From NCBI GenBank assembly GCA_964304625.1, contig OZ199838.1, positions 5,219,145 to 5,283,144 of the forward strand: 64,000 nt of DNA, in the 5' to 3' direction. This document shows, one piece after another, positions 58,142 to 64,000 of the stretch. The position numbers and the translations under genes are program-made. The DNA is from Kudoa neothunni. Its lineage: Eukaryota; Animalia; Cnidaria. The notes beneath the pieces were generated by a model that did not search any database, was not told the origin of the DNA, and saw only the letters and a list, made by a program, of their open reading frames with translations. Every line of letters starts with the position of its first letter. Position 1 is the stretch's first letter.

Positions 58142-58736
58142 TCTATCAGTGCTAGCTTTAATATGTTTCTTGTATTATAACGATGTTTAATCTCGTGTCT
58201 GTGATATTTTTATTCCCGTAGAGATATTTTTGCGTGCTGCAGAATCATTTTAGTTTTGTTTTCTTTTTTTGATCATGTACATATTTATCTTGATTATTAT
58301 TTTCTCTTTCCAAGTAATTCCAATCTAACAAAACTTTCTACAAGTTTAATAAAAATGATTAAAATTATGAAATTTAATTGTTATATCAGGTAAAGTTTAA
58401 ACCCGTTTTCGATAATTTAATTGATATTTTTGCATATGGAGTTGTGCCGGATTTTTTTAATAGTAGTGATAGAGGAAAAAGGCTATGGCTCAGTACCACA
58501 AGCACCCAGCTAAGCCAAAAAGATTGATAAACACTGATTGGAGTTGTTTATGACATTCTTGAGTAACAGTAGAGTAAAAATTAACACTGTTTAATAAAAA
58601 CTTTTGCTTGACTAAAATAATTAAATTGCCTAGCTATAAAAATTTTTGTATTGTATCGTTAATTGCTTAGGCTTTTAATAAATGAATTGAAAACAATCAT
58701 TTTATAAACAATATATAGCTCATACTATAAAAACAA

Positions 58737-59498
58737 TTAAAGTTGTAAGCCCCGTAATTTAATGGGGCTTCTAAAGGTGAACTCGGATTGACGATTCTCA
58801 TAGATTTTATCTACCAGGGCAGAAACAGAGTCTAATTTGGATAACTCGGGCGAAGGTTTCAAGTGTATAGAAAAAGAATCGGAGCCAACTGCTAGATGGT
58901 TGGAATTTGGAATAATCCGGTCCATTGCCTCCATACGATTGGTACCAAGAGAGAGGCGGTGTTTTCTTTCTTGATTCAATTTTTCAATGACACTGATAAT
59001 ATCACTTCCATTAAAGCCATCTAGATCAAAGTTAATTAGTACGTTTCAGACAATAAGGTGAACACCTTTCATCTTCATATTCTTAGTATCAACACTTGGA
59101 GCTTTACCCACAAAACCCATGCGCCTCATTTGCCATTTCAAGAAATCCACATTGGTTTTCGAAGGATTTTTCGATTTGCCTTTTTCAAGGTCGAATGTCA
59201 TTGATGCATTCGGCCTTCTGTAACAACTAGAGGAACCAAATTTTTTGATCATTTGTTTTTGTTTCTCACTATATTTCGATATGTAATTTTTATTCAAACA
59301 AAGAAACATCTTCATCTGCTCTATCTTTTGAGGAGTTATAGTGGTATTCATATGGATACGCATATTGCGATTTCTAATATTGACAGTGTTGAGTCTTAAT
59401 TCTGTTTTTTTATTTTCTTTCTCTTTCAAAACCCTCACTAGTTTGTTTGAGAGTTTTGGTGAGACTCTTTTGCCAGCTCTTTGCCTCCCTCCAGTCAT
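58737..59498 (-). CDS. Hypothetical Lys/Arg-rich protein, 2 exons
   Basis: ORFs 59046-59498 and 58737-58979 are joined by a short intron (about 59022-59065). TGCGCACGCA lies about 15 bp upstream of the ATG. No family recognised. Confidence 0.6.
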
Positions 59499-61069
59499 TT
59501 TTTAGTTTACTTTGCGTGCGCACAAAAAAAAAATATTTATTGTTGTATTCATTTGGCAGATGGGTTTTTATAATAAAGTTTCAGGTGTTATATTTCGTAT
59601 TTTCTCCAGTTGTAATTATTGGGATATTAAGTTTTAAAACGAGAATATTTTGAAGATTTAATGATAAATTATTATTTTTCATGCTTAAGTAAGTATTAAT
59701 TTCTTCTTATATAATGAATGAGGAGTATTTGATATCTATAGAATGTCTGACGAAATAAGTTATCTCCGAAGGAAAAAACTTTAAACAAGTTTTAAATACA
59801 TTGAAAAACTTATATTATTCAAGGTAAACACTTTTTCCAACAAAGCATAAAAATATAATTAGAGCGAGCTCAAATTATTGCGAGGTTTGATATAGGGTAA
59901 TAAGCATTTTTTGTAATTTCTGTACTCAACATTGTAAAATTTTTGATTTATATATTATTTTAATTTAATTTAAATTTTCACATACAAATATGATATAACA
60001 TTTATTTGAGGTAATTTTAGTCAAATTCAGGGTCTTGTTATTGGGCAGTAGTTACTTCAAATTTTTATCCGATCAATCTACTAAATTACACATTCGAACG
60101 TTCGGTATAGTGAGTGAAGAATGAAATTTTGGTAAACAATTTAAATTATTCAATATTATGACTCAATTAAATCAATCTGAAACGCTAAAAATTATTCTAG
60201 AACGCCATAGAATATCATGAATTCTGTTATTGTGAGTTTTATACAAATTAAACAAGTTATTCTTCTCTAAATGGAATTTTATCTAATAACTCCGATATAA
60301 TCAACTCCAATGTTGGTTGAGACAGTAAGGGTATTACAAATAAAAAGTGTGTCCAGCTTGAAATTGAGTTATATAACCGGATTATGTGAGAATACAAAAA
60401 GAGGAAAATATTCTAGAGTTTTCGATCACTGAAAAGACGGAACTTTCTTCTGATGATCTTCAAATCATCAGTCTGAGTTAAAGCAAAGTCCGGCTTAAAA
60501 ATTTCAAGATTCGCTTTTTCTAAATTCACTCTCCCTAGAGAAGCGCGGAGCGTTCCTGATAATATTGTTTATGATTAAGTAAACAAATTTTAAGAGGTGA
60601 TAAGTAGGTATGAAAAGAAAATATATTAAATAGTTTTAGGAAACGTTATTTTTTATGAACGATTCGCCAAACGAACGCATAGAATAAAGAATCAGTAAAA
60701 TTAAAATGAAATGAAACAATCAAAAAACCTGTCATCTCGTTATAGGCTGTTTAAGTTTAATTTATAGGAAGATACTTTTTTCACAAATTGTCATTGATAA
60801 ATTTAAAGAGACCTACTGCGTAAAAGGAATTAATGATTTACCTATCAAATATTACGATCGAAAAACTGATTGAATGTCTTCAACCATTTTGATATTTTAA
60901 AAAATATTGATCAAAGGTTCTCGAAAGAATGATGAAAAGTCCTTATTCTGTTAAATCGATGTCATTACATTCTTAATCAAATAATACAAACAAAATAAAT
61001 AATTATTTCGTTAACAAAATAAAATTTATCCTCATGTCGCATGCGCAAGACCCAGTATTGACAATGATT

Positions 61070-62943
61070 CCTTATTGGGTAGTAAAAACTCACGTCCCCA
61101 TTTAATGCGCAATATCGCGATCTTCTGTATGTTTTCAAGTGTTGAACTGCATTTAGCGTCCTTTTTGCAGGAATTAAATAATAAATCGCGTGAAACAGTT
61201 TAGCTTTCGAACACATGACTGAGAAAAGGTGTAAAAAGTGGTTTTCTATTAAGGAGAACGTGACTTTATTAAGTTTCTGTAAATAGCCACATAGAAATGC
61301 TAAAAGTCAGACTGTGAAGCATATCAAACTTGTTACAATGTCGAGAATAAATGGAATTTTAGCAAAAAAGCTCAAATTATCAATTTCTATGAGAGTTATA
61401 AAGGGAAAAACTCTAAAAAGGCAGATAATGATGAAATTGATAATTATGCTTACGAATGGATCACTTGGACAAGAAAAAATAAATTGGAAATTTCTTCACA
61501 ACAGATTATCGACCAACGCGAAGAAATCGGCAGAGTCCTGTGAAGATCCGAAAAATTACAGCTATGGGTGGTTTCGTGTCTTCGAAGATAGATCTAATCT
61601 CAGAAGATTAAACTTTCATGTAGATTCTAGCGTTGTGAGCGTTAAGGTTACGTCTTACTAAAAAGCTCAACTAGAATCCATAATGAAAAATTACGAATAC
61701 AATCAAATATTCAACTTGAATAAAACTGCTCTCTTCTATCATAGCATACAAGTAAAAGCTTTAAATTTATTGGCTCTGTCCATTGTTACCATTTATGTTT
61801 ATACTAAATCAATTAATATTGAAATGTGTGTTTATCATTCATCATTAACAAATTTTTAATTGCATTATAAGTAAATTTTATAGATTCTATTTGGAAAGAA
61901 GTTGTATTTTGTCTATCGAATCAAATCCTAAATGTACTAAACGGTCAAAAAACGAATAGCGCTATACTTAGAGCTTCCTTTCCTTAAGTGAAGAAAAAGT
62001 TGAGCGATTAGTTAAAAGTCATCATAGCCAACCAAGCTGCTTTAAAAATTGAAAAAACCGATTCCTTACTATCGAAACAAAAATGCCCGGACTACCACTG
62101 AAATCTTTAACCAATATTTAATTCAACAAAACCAAAATTTCAACAACATAAATTTAAAAGTTTTTTTGTGGATAATGCAAGCTGTCACCTCTCTCCCCCA
62201 CTAAGCCTTCCAACATGGCGATAGTGTTTTCCTCCAAAAACACAATTTCTGTACCGCAACCAATGAAACAAGGTGTAGATTCCATTTATCTAAGTCAATT
62301 GATACAAAGATTAATTGATAAATATATATATAAAGCCGATTAATCTTTTGGCTATCTCAGTGTTGATAAAGAAACCTTGAGGAAATGTCAAGCCACCGAC
62401 AATATCATGTTGGTTTAACAAGACTGACTTTATTTTTAAATATAATAATAATAATAATTAAATTCCTGATGATCCTTTCATAAAATTAATCATTATTGAC
62501 CAGATTTGTAATGAGTTAATTTCAAAATAATCCTTTGATGAAAAAGATGGGACTGATCTATTAGAATCCATAATTGAAGAGGCATGGTTAGAGTGCGTCG
62601 TAATGACACACAAGAAAATTCTGCGATTCTTTCTGAGTCATTATCAAAAGATGAAGAAGAATTTGAAAATATCTCTTACAATTCAAAAAACACATTAGGA
62701 TGCTTTGAACATTTAAAACGTCATTTTTAACAATGTGATTCTCTTCACCAAATTGAATTAGAACTCTATAAGACTTTGGGAGAAAGTACAATTCAAACCA
62801 AATTTCTAGATTATTTTAATATATCTATATAAATTTTAAATTATTAATAAACTCTCGTTTTTATTATGAATGCGCGTGCATTTCTACTTGCCAAATAGAC
62901 AACGGTGTTGCCGCCTATTCGACGTTTTCCCATGGTAATAAAG
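61070..62943 (+). mobile_element. Decayed Tigger/pogo copy
   Basis: Fragments YSYGWFRVFEDRSNLRRLNFH, IFNLNKTALFY, QPSCFKN, VDNASCH, VFSSKNTISVPQPMKQG and terminal QTKFLDYF. Many stops. Ends approximate. Confidence 0.75.
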
Positions 62944-62945
62944 TA

Positions 62946-64000
62946 CAGTCAGTGACCGGTTTTACGTACTTTTAAATATCGCATTTATTTTACAAGTTGT
63001 ATCATGAACAAATAAATAATATATTTACTAACACATTTATTTATAAATTTAAATGAAAAAACTTTATATGCACCTAAATTTTGCAATCAAAATATCACGT
63101 GATTTGCCAATTTTACGCACCTTTTCTGACCAAATTGGTTTATAGTTTTCATAAAAGTGACGTAAATGGCTAATAAAAATAAATCTAAGAATAGAACAAT
63201 TGAAGAGAAATATAAAATTATTAAATATTTTCATGGAATCACCTCAAGAGGTGCGAAGGTTGCTACTATAAAACATTTTAATATATCAACAATATCCACT
63301 CTTAATGGCATTTTAAAAAATGAAGAGAAAATTATAGAAATGTTTGAGGGGGGATTGGTTTGTAAAAATAGGAAAAATCTAAATGATGGCACCAATATTT
63401 CCCTCGATGAATGTGTCTATAATTGGATATGCTGGGTGCGATCAAAAAAAATTGAATTAACTGCCACCGACATCATTGATAAGAGAAACGAAATTGCCAG
63501 AGAAAAGAATTTACCATCAAATGCAACATACGGTTGGTTTCGATGTTTTAAATCGAGATTTAATCTCAAAAAAATAAATTTCCATGGCGAAGCGGCTGAC
63601 ATTGACCCATGTACAAGTTCTGAATGGCTTTCTCAACTTAAAAACTTATGTGAAGGATATATTGATGATTGTATCTATAATATAGATGAAACCGCGCTGT
63701 TTTATCAACAACAACGAGGTATATTTTTCCATTTGTCATACTTGCATATTTTATATAAGTAAAAGTTATGTAAGCTCCATAGAAAGTCATGCAAAGGGAA
63801 CAAGAAAGTCTAAAAAACGAATGACTGTTTTGTTGGGTGCATCGCTAAGCGGAGAAAAACTTGAACCTTTGGTTATTGGACCTAGTCGAAAGCCCAGATG
63901 CTTTAAAAATATAAATAGCCTTCCAGTTTTATATGAATCCAACAAGAAGTCTTGGATGACTAGTGAAATCTTCCTAAGATATCTAACTAAAATCAATTCT
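62946..64000 (+). mobile_element. Tigger/pogo transposon (runs off the window)
   Basis: TA-CAGTCAGTGACCGGTTTTACG left end. ORF 63166-63762 (HTH, ATYGWFRCFKSRF, YNIDETALFY). After a ~40-nt intron the frame continues KSYVSS...KSKKRMTVLLGASLSGEKLEPLVIG...KSWMTSEIF. Confidence 0.92.

Noticed and set aside
60285-60385. Imperfect inverted repeat resembling a tiny Tigger MITE
   Set aside because: No CAG termini or TA TSD; too degenerate.

Overview
This is a strongly AT-rich eukaryotic window with many very short (about 30-70 nt) GT-AG introns, so the ORF track shows only exon fragments. The genes are divergent orthologues of animal genes. A fast-evolving parasite such as a myxozoan cnidarian fits best, but that is inference and is not proven here. 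Recognisable genes: an ETAA1-like protein, ERCC8/CSA, POLR2K, TAF1C, SNRPF, SNRK, TOMM22 (with a large acidic N-terminal extension), ALDH4A1 and KANSL3. There are also two lineage-specific secreted or surface proteins (a type-I membrane protein of about seven Cys-stapled FN3-like repeats, and a five-domain Kunitz protein) and two hypothetical genes. Compact gene islands are separated by DNA-transposon zones: four Tigger/pogo copies, a piggyBac, three non-autonomous Helitrons, hAT MITEs, an intact Merlin transposase ORF, and a nested Merlin-like element whose inner long inverted arms appear to hold decayed beta-propeller gene remnants. The most notable observations are the 4-Cys FN3 surface protein, the penta-Kunitz with mostly non-canonical domains, the nested cargo element, the long TOM22 isoform, a three-motif ETAA1 homologue, and an NRF1-like GCGCAYGCGC motif about 10-25 bp from several start codons. 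All exon models and family calls were made by eye; no database search was run.
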